A DNA stretch of 64,000 nt, from IMG/VR virus record IMGVR_UViG_3300032093_000023. One strand, 5' to 3'. The notes beneath the pieces are model-generated. The model was not told where the DNA came from, ran no database searches, and worked only from the letters and a program-made list of their open reading frames with translations. A program made the translations under genes and the position numbers. Shown here one piece after another: positions 29,360-37,843 of this stretch. Source of the stretch: an uncultured virus (IMG/VR IMGVR_UViG_3300032093_000023). Taxonomy: Duplodnaviria > Heunggongvirae > Uroviricota > Caudoviricetes. Every line of letters begins with the position of its first letter. Position 1 is the stretch's first letter.

Positions 29360-29527
29360 ATGAATAGTGAAAATGTGTCCAACGAAGCCGAAAACCCCGC
29401 ATTGAATAAGGGTGATGTTAGTGGCAGTCAATTCTGTCCTAATTGCGGTAAAGAACACGATAGCGATGAATGGAATGGATATTGTTCAAAAATATGTTGG
29501 TGGGGATTTCCTGTTGATTGCCACTAA
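29360..29527 (+). CDS. 55 aa ORF spanning hairpin 6, zinc-finger-like C-terminus (not in ORF track)
   Basis: MNSENVSNEAENPALNKGDVSGSQFCPNCGKEHDSDEWNGYCSKICWWGFPVDCH; its stop is the TAA of the next TAAC core. Confidence 0.6.
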   Translation: MNSENVSNEAENPALNKGDVSGSQFCPNCGKEHDSDEWNGYCSKICWWGFPVDCH

Positions 29528-29561
29528 CGTTTTGCAGCTAATAAATCTTAAATAAACAACT

Positions 29562-29879
29562 ATGAAACAAATTATTATAATAATTATAACATTATTAACA
29601 TTAAATTCTTGTGATACACCAGGAACTACAACAATGAGATTAACAGGCACTGAAGCAAATTTACCTGAAGAATTAAAAGGATTAAAAATATATAATATTG
29701 CTACAGGTAGTGGTAATTATGTTAAAGTAGCAATACTAGATAATAAAGTTAATTCTACAACTTATAAAATTGGTAAACATGCGAAATCAACAATTATATT
29801 AAATACTAAAATAGAACAAGCGTATAAAGTTAGACGTTTAATATCTGAATCAGATAGTATACTTGTATTTTTAAAATAA
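29562..29879 (+). CDS. Putative lipoprotein
   Basis: Hydrophobic leader and lipobox LNSC. Confidence 0.65.
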   Translation: MKQIIIIIITLLTLNSCDTPGTTTMRLTGTEANLPEELKGLKIYNIATGSGNYVKVAILDNKVNSTTYKIGKHAKSTIILNTKIEQAYKVRRLISESDSILVFLK

Positions 29880-30170
29880 TCAATAAACAAACAATAAATA
29901 TGAAAAGTAAATTTAAACAATTAGAATGCTTAATTGCATGGGCACAATTTTATTCAAATCATAAAAACTTAGCTATGCCTACTAATCGAGATGAGATAAA
30001 ATTTAACAAATTACAAAAAGAAATTGAAAAACTTAAAACACAATTAATAGATTAATTATGGCAATTATTATTGAAAAGATAGACATTGATAGAACAGTGT
30101 TTAAGAAAACTTCTGAAGAAAAGAAGAAACTTAAAGAATTAAAAAGACTTTATAAACTAAGAATTAAGTA

Positions 30171-30359
30171 ATGACACTAGAACGACATATTGAACTAATA
30201 ACTACAAAGAATATTACATTACTTAACCCAACAATGGAAGAAATGATTTATTGGAGTCAAAGCAATATATTTGTATTTATTAATCTCAAATGTATTGTTA
30301 AAAGTGATAAAATAGATCAAAAGTATAAATTAAGTAAATACAACATTAAATTTAAGTAA
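30171..30359 (+). CDS. Hypothetical protein
   Basis: ORF track. Confidence 0.4.
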   Translation: MTLERHIELITTKNITLLNPTMEEMIYWSQSNIFVFINLKCIVKSDKIDQKYKLSKYNIKFK

Positions 30360-30494
30360 CTCTAAAGGTTACAACATACACTAGGTGCATCATTACAAAT
30401 ATGAAAAGAGCTTGTATATAGATTTGATAGTTTATAATAGTGAATCTAATAGTAATAATTAAATAGATACTAGTAATAGTGAAGCTAATTAAAA

Positions 30495-30752
30495 TTGCAA
30501 GATTTAATGTGTTGCTTAAAACTCGCAGCTATTATAAATAAAAACCATAAATTTAATAATATGAAAGAAATATTACAAGAAATATTCTATAGGTATATGA
30601 TGATTATGTGCGCTTTACATTTATTTTCATTTGGTATAATAATAATGCCTTTTGTAACATATAGCGAAGGACATCCTTATTACGCAATACTTTGTGCAAT
30701 AATTATATACCCATCAAGTTTTATATTATTAGAAATATTTAAAAAAGAATAA
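30495..30752 (+). CDS. Two-TM membrane protein (probable start at the internal MKEILQ)
   Basis: Two hydrophobic helices. Confidence 0.5.
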   Translation: MQDLMCCLKLAAIINKNHKFNNMKEILQEIFYRYMMIMCALHLFSFGIIIMPFVTYSEGHPYYAILCAIIIYPSSFILLEIFKKE

Positions 30753-30753
30753 T

Positions 30754-31065
30754 ATGTCAGTAAAATGTTTATGTATAAACAATAAATTAAGACCTAAAGA
30801 AATACTTCCTCAAAATTGGATTAATGAAGGTACAGAATATACAATAAACTATGTATATTACCATGTTAATCAAGGAATACAAGGAGTTACTTTAGATGAA
30901 GTACAAACTAAATCAGAAATATATTCAAGTTATAGATTAGATAGATTTGCCTTCACTAAAGAAGGTATTGAACAACTAATTGAATTAATGCAAGATTGTA
31001 CTGAATTAGGTAAATTAGATATTCAAGAATTAATTGAAGAAAATAATTTAGAATTAATTGAATAA
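30754..31065 (+). CDS. Hypothetical protein
   Basis: KCLCIN...P...WINEGTEYT...RF pattern. Confidence 0.6.
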   Translation: MSVKCLCINNKLRPKEILPQNWINEGTEYTINYVYYHVNQGIQGVTLDEVQTKSEIYSSYRLDRFAFTKEGIEQLIELMQDCTELGKLDIQELIEENNLELIE

Positions 31066-31386
31066 AACATTAAAAACAATATAATTAAACATGGGGTAAT
31101 TAACCATGACTTTAATAGTGCTGACCCTAAGGAATTATACAATTGGCCAAATTTGAGTGATTACTGGGAGGAAATTTATAAATATAGATGATTTGAAAGA
31201 AATAACTATATGAAGATAAAAGTACAGAACATAAATCTTATGAAAATTGATTATGTAAAGCAGATTATATTGTTTTTATAAAATACTCAGTGTACCCAGA
31301 GTTTAAATGGGTGCTATTGGTCTCTGAAGAAAAGGGAACACGGTTAGCTGCAAGTTAAGCTATGACTGATGGAAAGACATCAAACA

Positions 31387-31504
31387 GTTCAAGTGGTGGA
31401 AATGGAAGACATACCGAGGTGTCGGCGAGTAGGACTGGTAATGCAGTTTAAACCAATTAGGCCAAGAGGCTACTCATTTGAAGGTTCGATTCCTTCCTTG
31501 AACA
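31387..31504 (+). ncRNA. tRNA-like RNA with a Leu-type D arm, no valid anticodon loop and an oversized variable region
   Basis: Acceptor gttcaag/cttgaac; D arm gtg-gaaatggaaga-cat; ccga-ggtg-tcgg tetraloop arm; gagtag/ctactc-closed insert; T arm gaagg-TTCGATT-ccttc. Confidence 0.65.
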
Positions 31505-31611
31505 CTAATTAAACAAATAAGTTCTGTGAATGGTACAGAATAATTTAGATCCTCATTACAGAGTTAATGTGTATAAGCTTAGAGTGTTTAATTATCTCTA
31601 GACGTCAGAGT

Positions 31612-31643
31612 AAACCACTTAGGAAAGTCCTGAGTGGTTTTTA
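31612..31643 (+). terminator. Intrinsic terminator-like hairpin
   Basis: aaaccacttagga-aag-tcctgagtggttttt. Confidence 0.6.
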
Positions 31644-32014
31644 ATTTAAAAACTAATAAAATGGAAGATGAATTTATTACATTTGAAATAGCTAAATTAG
31701 CTAAAGAAAAAGGGTTTGTTTTAAAAACAGGAATTAATTATTATAGTGATAAGGAAAATGATATGGCAATGTCCTATGATTTAAATAATATAAATCATTA
31801 TCCTTGTGAAACTCAAAGTTTATTACAACGTTGGTTAAGAGAAATACATGGTTTACACATACATTTATATTTTATTGATCATATATTAGGATATAATTCA
31901 ATTATTACAAATCTTAAAACTAATACTAAATTATTTAAAAGTAAACCTTTTATAAAATACGAACAAGCTTTGGAAGAAGGACTTTATGAAGCACTTAAAT
32001 TAATTAAAAACTAA
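31634..32014 (+). CDS. Hypothetical phage protein (probable start at MEDEFI)
   Basis: ITFEIAKLAKEKGF ... TQSLLQRWLRE ... YEQALEEGLYEALKLI pattern familiar from Bacteroidota phages. Confidence 0.65.
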   Translation: MVFNLKTNKMEDEFITFEIAKLAKEKGFVLKTGINYYSDKENDMAMSYDLNNINHYPCETQSLLQRWLREIHGLHIHLYFIDHILGYNSIITNLKTNTKLFKSKPFIKYEQALEEGLYEALKLIKN

Positions 32015-32033
32015 TCACTAAAACAAAGAAATT

Positions 32034-32372
32034 ATGAATAAACTACTCGATACATACTGTCGTATGTTATACTTTTGTAAAGGCAAGCCTACAAACTTAA
32101 GTACTTTAAGTAACTGGGAATTAAATGGTATATTATTACACATTAATAAATATCCTCAAGGACTTTTAAATGGATATGATAAATCAGAATATATTACAGC
32201 AGTTAAGTACATACTTAATGAAAGATTACATTGTAGAGATTATAAACGTAATATTATTGAAACTAGATTAGCTAATAAAGCATTAGAAACTAGTAAACAA
32301 TTAACTGATTTAATATTACAATCAATGATTAATACAGAAAAGAAATCTAGAAGAAAATTAATACTAACTTAA
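32034..32372 (+). CDS. Hypothetical protein
   Basis: ORF track. Confidence 0.55.
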   Translation: MNKLLDTYCRMLYFCKGKPTNLSTLSNWELNGILLHINKYPQGLLNGYDKSEYITAVKYILNERLHCRDYKRNIIETRLANKALETSKQLTDLILQSMINTEKKSRRKLILT

Positions 32373-32378
32373 ATAATT

Positions 32379-33536
32379 ATGAAAAATAAATTTGAAGTAG
32401 GCAAATGGTATAAAGTGAATAATGAATATACTAAGTTTCATTCTTTAGGTTCTGAAGGCGTGTTTTATGGTGTTGACCATATTTATAATGATAAATACCG
32501 AAAATCTATTTATGACAGCCCAACTTATATTTTTAGAAAAGTAGATAACCCAATTTTATTAACTGATTTATCTGAAATTCAACAATATTTACCAGATGGG
32601 CATCCAGATAAATTTGTTAATAAGTCTGAAACTTCTCCATTACCTGAAAAATGGTATTTAGAAGTTACTAAAGATAATTTAAGTTATGTTAGTTCTAAAA
32701 GAGCTTGGAGTTTTGATATTATAGGATATATTCACTCTTCTTTAAGTCACAATATACATAATTATTGGTTTCATAATAATGAACCTTTAAAAGGATATAC
32801 TGAAATAACTTTAGAACAATTTAAAGAATATGTTGTAAAAGATGTTACAAGTAAAAAAGTTGAACCTGAAATACCTGAATATGTTGAGTGTATACAAAAT
32901 GGTAATAATGCTACAATGCACCAAAAGTATTGTGGTGTTGATGTTGTAAAAGGTACTATTTATAAGGTTACTGAAAAAAGCATGCCTAATAAAGGAGCTC
33001 AATCTGAAGCTTATGTACTTGAAGGTGGTGGTGTAGGCTATTGTCTAGGATTCAAACCTTCAACTAAAGAAGCTTTTGATGCTCAGAATAAGCCTAAAGA
33101 ACAATCTATTGAAGAAATATTAGAAATCTGCAAGAAGAAATATCCTATTGACACTGAAATTAAATCTGTTTATGGTAAACGTGGTGTTATAACTGGCAAT
33201 TATCATATATTTGATAGAAATAACATTTTTGCCACTAGTGATAGTAAAGGAGATTTAATTTTATATCGAGGTTCAACTAAAGAATACGCTGAAATCATTT
33301 CATTACCTGAACCTATTAAATACCCTGATTTATCATTTAAAGATTTTGGAGTTCATATACATAAAGGTAATTATCAAGAATTAGAAAATATAATATGGGA
33401 GGGTAATATGACACCTGGTAATCATTTAAATTCTTTTTTTAATACTAAAAGTAAATCAAATGATTTAGAGTTTCAATATCCTGTAATTAATGTAAGAAAT
33501 AAAAAGAAAAGTAAATTAATAATCATAAACCAATAA
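32379..33536 (+). CDS. Modular early protein (several short repeated domains)
   Basis: KFEVGKWYK, LSEIQQYLPDGHPDK, LPEKWY...GYTEITLEQFKEYV and STKEAFD modules, some shared with other ORFs. Confidence 0.65.
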   Translation: MKNKFEVGKWYKVNNEYTKFHSLGSEGVFYGVDHIYNDKYRKSIYDSPTYIFRKVDNPILLTDLSEIQQYLPDGHPDKFVNKSETSPLPEKWYLEVTKDNLSYVSSKRAWSFDIIGYIHSSLSHNIHNYWFHNNEPLKGYTEITLEQFKEYVVKDVTSKKVEPEIPEYVECIQNGNNATMHQKYCGVDVVKGTIYKVTEKSMPNKGAQSEAYVLEGGGVGYCLGFKPSTKEAFDAQNKPKEQSIEEILEICKKKYPIDTEIKSVYGKRGVITGNYHIFDRNNIFATSDSKGDLILYRGSTKEYAEIISLPEPIKYPDLSFKDFGVHIHKGNYQELENIIWEGNMTPGNHLNSFFNTKSKSNDLEFQYPVINVRNKKKSKLIIINQ

Positions 33537-33547
33537 ACAAAAACAAC

Positions 33548-33898
33548 ATGGAAGTAACAAGTAAATCAGTAAGTAAATTTGTAGCTGCAACAATTGCATT
33601 TTTAACAGGAGATTCTGATACTGCAACAGCATTAAAGAATGAGAGATTAGCTCAAGCTAGTATCAAAGGTCAATTAAGTGCTTTAGAAGGTGCTTTAGTT
33701 AATGCTGAAGTAGATGTAGAGAATGCTAAAGAGAATTTAACTAAAGCAATTTATCCTACAGTATTAATTAGTAATCAACAAGGTTATTATAACAATATAG
33801 TTGGTGCTCAATCAAAGTTAGATGATGCTGAAGAAGCTTTAGCAAACATTAAGAAATCTATTGATTACGCTCAAGCATTGTTAAAAGATAAATTTTAA
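33548..33898 (+). CDS. Coiled-coil protein
   Basis: Ala/Leu/Glu heptad pattern. Confidence 0.6.
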   Translation: MEVTSKSVSKFVAATIAFLTGDSDTATALKNERLAQASIKGQLSALEGALVNAEVDVENAKENLTKAIYPTVLISNQQGYYNNIVGAQSKLDDAEEALANIKKSIDYAQALLKDKF

Positions 33899-33919
33899 TC
33901 TAGGCAATTAAAATAAGTA

Positions 33920-33985
33920 ACACTCATAGCTCAATTGGTTAGAGCACTAGATATAGCGATGCAGGTTCGAGTCCTGTTGAGTGTT
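33920..33985 (+). ncRNA. tRNA-like RNA with truncated anticodon arm
   Basis: Acceptor acactca/tgagtgt; D arm gctc-aattggtta-gagc; only cta-gata-tag in place of the anticodon arm; T arm gcagg-TTCGAGT-cctgt. Confidence 0.7.
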
Positions 33986-33988
33986 CAA

Positions 33989-34256
33989 AAAGATGTGAGG
34001 TAAAGACACCGCTGGATGGGTTGTTGTTAAAGGGCTGAGGAAGTATACACCTCGTAATCTTTTGATTGTTTGATATGGTATTAAGTGCTGTTGTGGGAAA
34101 CTGCAATAGAATACCTAAATCACCCATTAAAAGTAAGAAACCTTTCAGGACCGAGTCGTAAGTCACAACATCCTAGCTGGGTTCTACAATTGACTAGATG
34201 AAGAAGTCCGACCAAAATCGCATGGAACATAGTAAGCGTAGATAACTCACATCTTT
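33989..34256 (+). ncRNA. Putative ~270 nt structured non-coding RNA
   Basis: Closed by aaagatgtgag/ctcacatcttt (11 bp); GC-richer than flanks; no plus-strand ORF in the track. Confidence 0.5.
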
Positions 34257-34280
34257 AAAATTAACTATTTAACTTAAATT

Positions 34281-34640
34281 ATGAAATTAGAAGATGTTAT
34301 TGCAGGACAATATTATGCTGCACATTATCCAGGAGGAGAAAATCCTACTATTATTAAAGCTACTCACGATAAAAGTTTCAAACAAGCTTCAGGGATATAC
34401 TATCGCGAATTACAGGATAATTATAATTATTTAAGCAGTAATGCATTTAGTTGTACTGATAAATTAAGATTAGCAACAGAAAAAGAAATTCATTGGTTAG
34501 ATCTATCTATAAAAAATAACTATATTGTAGACTATGAAGTAGCTATGGAATCATTTGCTAAAGAAAAACCTATTACTTATTCTAATGAACCAGATCCTGA
34601 ATTAGCAGAAATATTAAAGAAATTATTAAACTTAAACTAA
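34281..34640 (+). CDS. Hypothetical early protein (modular family)
   Basis: RLATEKEIHWL module; amphipathic C-terminal ELAEILKKLL. Confidence 0.6.
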   Translation: MKLEDVIAGQYYAAHYPGGENPTIIKATHDKSFKQASGIYYRELQDNYNYLSSNAFSCTDKLRLATEKEIHWLDLSIKNNYIVDYEVAMESFAKEKPITYSNEPDPELAEILKKLLNLN

Positions 34641-34648
34641 AAACTATT

Positions 34649-34867
34649 ATGAAAAAGAAATTAACTAAAAGACAACCTTTATCTGAAGCTATTAGACAAC
34701 AAGCTAAATTACATGCTAAGTATAAAGAATACTCTTTAAAGACTGAAGAAGAATTAACTGAAATGTATCCTTTACTTGGTGGAGGTTATCGTGAAGTATG
34801 TTTCCAAGTAATTAGAGAGAAACATTTTGCTAAAATGGAACAAGATTTAGAAGGGGAGGTAAAGTAA
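34649..34867 (+). CDS. Hypothetical protein
   Basis: ORF track. Confidence 0.5.
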   Translation: MKKKLTKRQPLSEAIRQQAKLHAKYKEYSLKTEEELTEMYPLLGGGYREVCFQVIREKHFAKMEQDLEGEVK

Positions 34868-35079
34868 TGATAACTAAAGAAGAAGTAAATCAAATTATTA
34901 ACAAACCTAAACCATCTTATGAGGATAAAATTAATGTAATTGCTAAATATATCTTTGATTTAAAACAAGAAGATATTTCAGTAGTTAAGATTAATCCTCC
35001 TCAAAATGATGTAATGGAAGCAATCATGGAGCATATGTTTACCGTGTCATCAAATTATTATCACCGTGGAGAACATTAA
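34867..35079 (+). CDS. Hypothetical protein
   Basis: ORF track; TAATG coupling. Confidence 0.5.
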   Translation: MITKEEVNQIINKPKPSYEDKINVIAKYIFDLKQEDISVVKINPPQNDVMEAIMEHMFTVSSNYYHRGEH

Positions 35080-36997
35080 TGAATTATTAGAAGCCCTACA
35101 AACTATAGATAATAAAAAACTATATTTTATAGGTAATACTGAAGTATTTGAAAGCACTTTATATAAACAAACAACTATTGATGAATGTATTAATTGGTTA
35201 AATAGTTTATATGAAGTTAATTTAGATACAGAAACTGAAGGTATGTTCAATCATAAAAACAAGATAGTAATGCTTCAATTAAATTGGGGTAATGTTAGTT
35301 TTGTTATAGATGTAAGAACAGTAGATATTTCTCCACTAAGAGAGAAACTAGAAAAAATATTAGTAGTTGGTCAGAATTTAAAATTTGATTATAAATTCCT
35401 TAAATTACATGGTATTGAACTAGACAATGTATATGATACTATGTTAGCAGAATGTTGTTTAACTAATGGTAAAGAAGATAGAGAATTAAATTTAAAAGCT
35501 TTAGCATTAAAATATTGTAATATACATCTAAATAAAGATGTTAGAAATCAATTTACAAGTTTAAATGGGCACCCTTTTACAGAAGCTCAAATAGTGTATG
35601 GTGTAGGCGATGTTACTTGTTTAACTGAGATTAAAACTAAACAAATAGAATTAATTAAAAAGTTAGATTTAGTAGAATGGGTGCAAAATGAAATGAATGC
35701 TAGTTTACCATTAGCTGATATAGAGTATAATGGTATGGGATTCAATAAAGAAGCTTGGTTATACTTAGCTAATAAAGCTGAAGCTAATGTACATAATTAT
35801 ACAGCAGAACTAGATGCATTAACTGTAAGTGAGCCTAAACTAAGTAAGTTTGTTAAAGCTGAAGTACAAGGTAATTTATTTGCTGAAATAGATGAAAGTT
35901 TTTCACATGGGAGAAATGTAAATATCAAATGGTCTAGCCCTACTCAAATGGATAAAGTATTCAAAGCTTTAGGATTAGATATCGAAAAGACAGGTGAGAG
36001 ATTCTTAACTAAGTATCAAAATGATTATCCTTTAGTTAAGAAGTTTATAGATTATAAGAAACAAGCTAAGTTAGTTACTACTTATGGTAAGAAGTTTTTA
36101 GGGTATGTAAACCCAACAACTCAAAGAATCCATACTAGTTTTTGGCAAATATTAGACACCACAAGAGTTTCTTCTGGTGATAAATATTCTCCTAATATGC
36201 AAAATATTCCAGCTAAGGTTGAATACAGAAACTGTTTTATACCTAAACCAGGTTTTAAAATGGTGTCATGTGATTTTAGTGGTCAGGAATTGCGTTTAAC
36301 AGCATTTGGTAGTAAAGAACCATTATGGGTAGACGCCTTTAATAAAGGTGAGGATTTACACTCTAATGTAGCCTCCATGGTGTTTAAAGTACCATTAGAA
36401 AATGTTAGAGATAAACCAGACTTTCTTAGAGGTAAGTCTTATAGAGATGCTGCTAAAACTGTTAATTTTGGACTAGTTTATGGTATGTCAAAGTATAAAT
36501 TAGCTGATACATTATCTATTGAAGTAGATGCTGCTGATATGATTATTAAGAATTATTTTAAAGCTACAATACAACTAAATAACTTTTTAGCTGGTTGTAG
36601 AGCTTACGGTATGAAATATGGTTATATAAGATGCTTTGCTCCATATAAAATCATTAGGTATTTTCCTAAATGGAAACCTGTTAGAGAAGCTATGGAATTT
36701 AAAGAAATAGGTAGTATTGAAAGGGCTTCAATGAATACACCTATTCAAAGTGCAGGAGGTCAGATGACTAAACGTGCTTTAGTAGTGTTAAGAAAGTATA
36801 TTAAGGATAATAATTTACAAGATAAAGTACAGATTGTAATGACTGTACATGACCAAATTGATTGTGAAGTTGAAGAATCATTTGTAAATGAATGGTCTTT
36901 AATTCAAAAAGATATTATGGAATCAGCAGGTAGAGAAATTATTACTAATATACCAGTACTATCTGACATTACTATAAGTGACTCGTGGACCAAATAA
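35066..36997 (+). CDS. polA: DNA polymerase family A with 3'-5' exonuclease domain
   Basis: Exo DTETEG, QNLKFD, YGVGDV; pol motifs DFSGQELR, RDAAKTVNFGLVYG, NTPIQS, VHDQI. Confidence 0.95.
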   Translation: MENINELLEALQTIDNKKLYFIGNTEVFESTLYKQTTIDECINWLNSLYEVNLDTETEGMFNHKNKIVMLQLNWGNVSFVIDVRTVDISPLREKLEKILVVGQNLKFDYKFLKLHGIELDNVYDTMLAECCLTNGKEDRELNLKALALKYCNIHLNKDVRNQFTSLNGHPFTEAQIVYGVGDVTCLTEIKTKQIELIKKLDLVEWVQNEMNASLPLADIEYNGMGFNKEAWLYLANKAEANVHNYTAELDALTVSEPKLSKFVKAEVQGNLFAEIDESFSHGRNVNIKWSSPTQMDKVFKALGLDIEKTGERFLTKYQNDYPLVKKFIDYKKQAKLVTTYGKKFLGYVNPTTQRIHTSFWQILDTTRVSSGDKYSPNMQNIPAKVEYRNCFIPKPGFKMVSCDFSGQELRLTAFGSKEPLWVDAFNKGEDLHSNVASMVFKVPLENVRDKPDFLRGKSYRDAAKTVNFGLVYGMSKYKLADTLSIEVDAADMIIKNYFKATIQLNNFLAGCRAYGMKYGYIRCFAPYKIIRYFPKWKPVREAMEFKEIGSIERASMNTPIQSAGGQMTKRALVVLRKYIKDNNLQDKVQIVMTVHDQIDCEVEESFVNEWSLIQKDIMESAGREIITNIPVLSDITISDSWTK

Positions 36998-37020
36998 AAA
37001 TCAATTAAATTTATTTTAAT

Positions 37021-37302
37021 ATGGGAGAATATGTAAAATGTATTAGTTTAAAAACTAAACCTGATGGTATAACGTTACCTGGTGTACTTGGTAAAATATA
37101 TAAAATTAGAGAAGAACATAGTGAATTAGATTGGTATGTAGAAGGTATAGCTCATTCTGTAGCTAAAACTAGACTTCAACCAGCTACTAAAAAAGAATAT
37201 GATTTACAACAACAAGGTGTTTATGTAGAAGATGTTTTAGTTGAAGATACCAGTCATGAAGAAATATTAATTAAACTATTAAAAGATATTAAACATGTTT
37301 AG
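37021..37302 (+). CDS. Hypothetical early protein (modular family)
   Basis: EYVKCI...GKIYKI...PATKKEYD module shared with 32379..33536. Confidence 0.6.
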   Translation: MGEYVKCISLKTKPDGITLPGVLGKIYKIREEHSELDWYVEGIAHSVAKTRLQPATKKEYDLQQQGVYVEDVLVEDTSHEEILIKLLKDIKHV

Positions 37303-37843
37303 AAAAGATGAATATATTGTATGTTTAAATACACCTGAAAAAGATTGTGATTTTCCACCTAATTATATTTACAAACAAAGAAATGATGAAGAGTGTTTAA
37401 GTGTTTATTTAGATAATACTGGTGTAGTAAATGGTTGGTCACTAATAATGTATAACGGTACAGGTAAGTATTCTGAATGGCGTTATGCAACTCCTGAAGA
37501 AGTTGAACATTATGAACTTCTCGGTAAACCTTATGATGTAACTACATTACCTAAATTTGTATTACCTGAGAAATGGTGTGTTAAAGATACAGCTAGTGAA
37601 AAATCTAATGAGTTGTATAAGTATGCTGGTATTCATGGTGCTTTTCCTCCTTATACACCAGCTGATTACTGTGTGTATTATCATTTTCCAAAACATGATG
37701 AATGTACAACATCAGATGTAGTAGAAGAAGGTTACACTGAAATAACTTTAGCTCAATTTAAAACTTATGTATTAGGCAATGTAATAGTTAAAGAAGATTA
37801 TAGTTATTTAATTGAATTTTTAACAACTAAAGGAATAAAATAA
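37295..37843 (+). CDS. Hypothetical early protein (modular family)
   Basis: WRYATPEE, LPEKWC...GYTEITLAQFKTYV, C-terminal EDYSYLIEFL. Confidence 0.65.
   Translation: MFRKDEYIVCLNTPEKDCDFPPNYIYKQRNDEECLSVYLDNTGVVNGWSLIMYNGTGKYSEWRYATPEEVEHYELLGKPYDVTTLPKFVLPEKWCVKDTASEKSNELYKYAGIHGAFPPYTPADYCVYYHFPKHDECTTSDVVEEGYTEITLAQFKTYVLGNVIVKEDYSYLIEFLTTKGIK

Larger units (their letters stand above)
27391..29540 (+). mobile_element. Array of attC-like hairpins delimiting small gene cassettes (no integrase in window)
   Basis: Seven TAACG left ends (AAC ending at 27396, 27543, 28173, 28674, 28913, 29299, 29528) and six TGTTA right ends (GTT at 27517, 27760, 28232, 28718, 28988, 29417) with imperfect internal palindromes; cassette ends are mutually complementary. 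Confidence 0.75.

Noticed and set aside
27391..29540. CRISPR array or simple terminators as the explanation of the repeats
   Set aside because: Repeats are not identical, spacing is irregular and gene-sized, there are no U-tracts, and complementarity links successive elements.
31280..31386. Hammerhead ribozyme suggested by ctgaaga/ctgatgg
   Set aside because: I could not assemble the three stems with a correctly placed GAAA and cleavage triplet.
31612..31643. RNase P RNA suggested by aggaaagtcc
   Set aside because: The motif is the apex of a short terminator-like hairpin and the rest of the RNase P core is missing.
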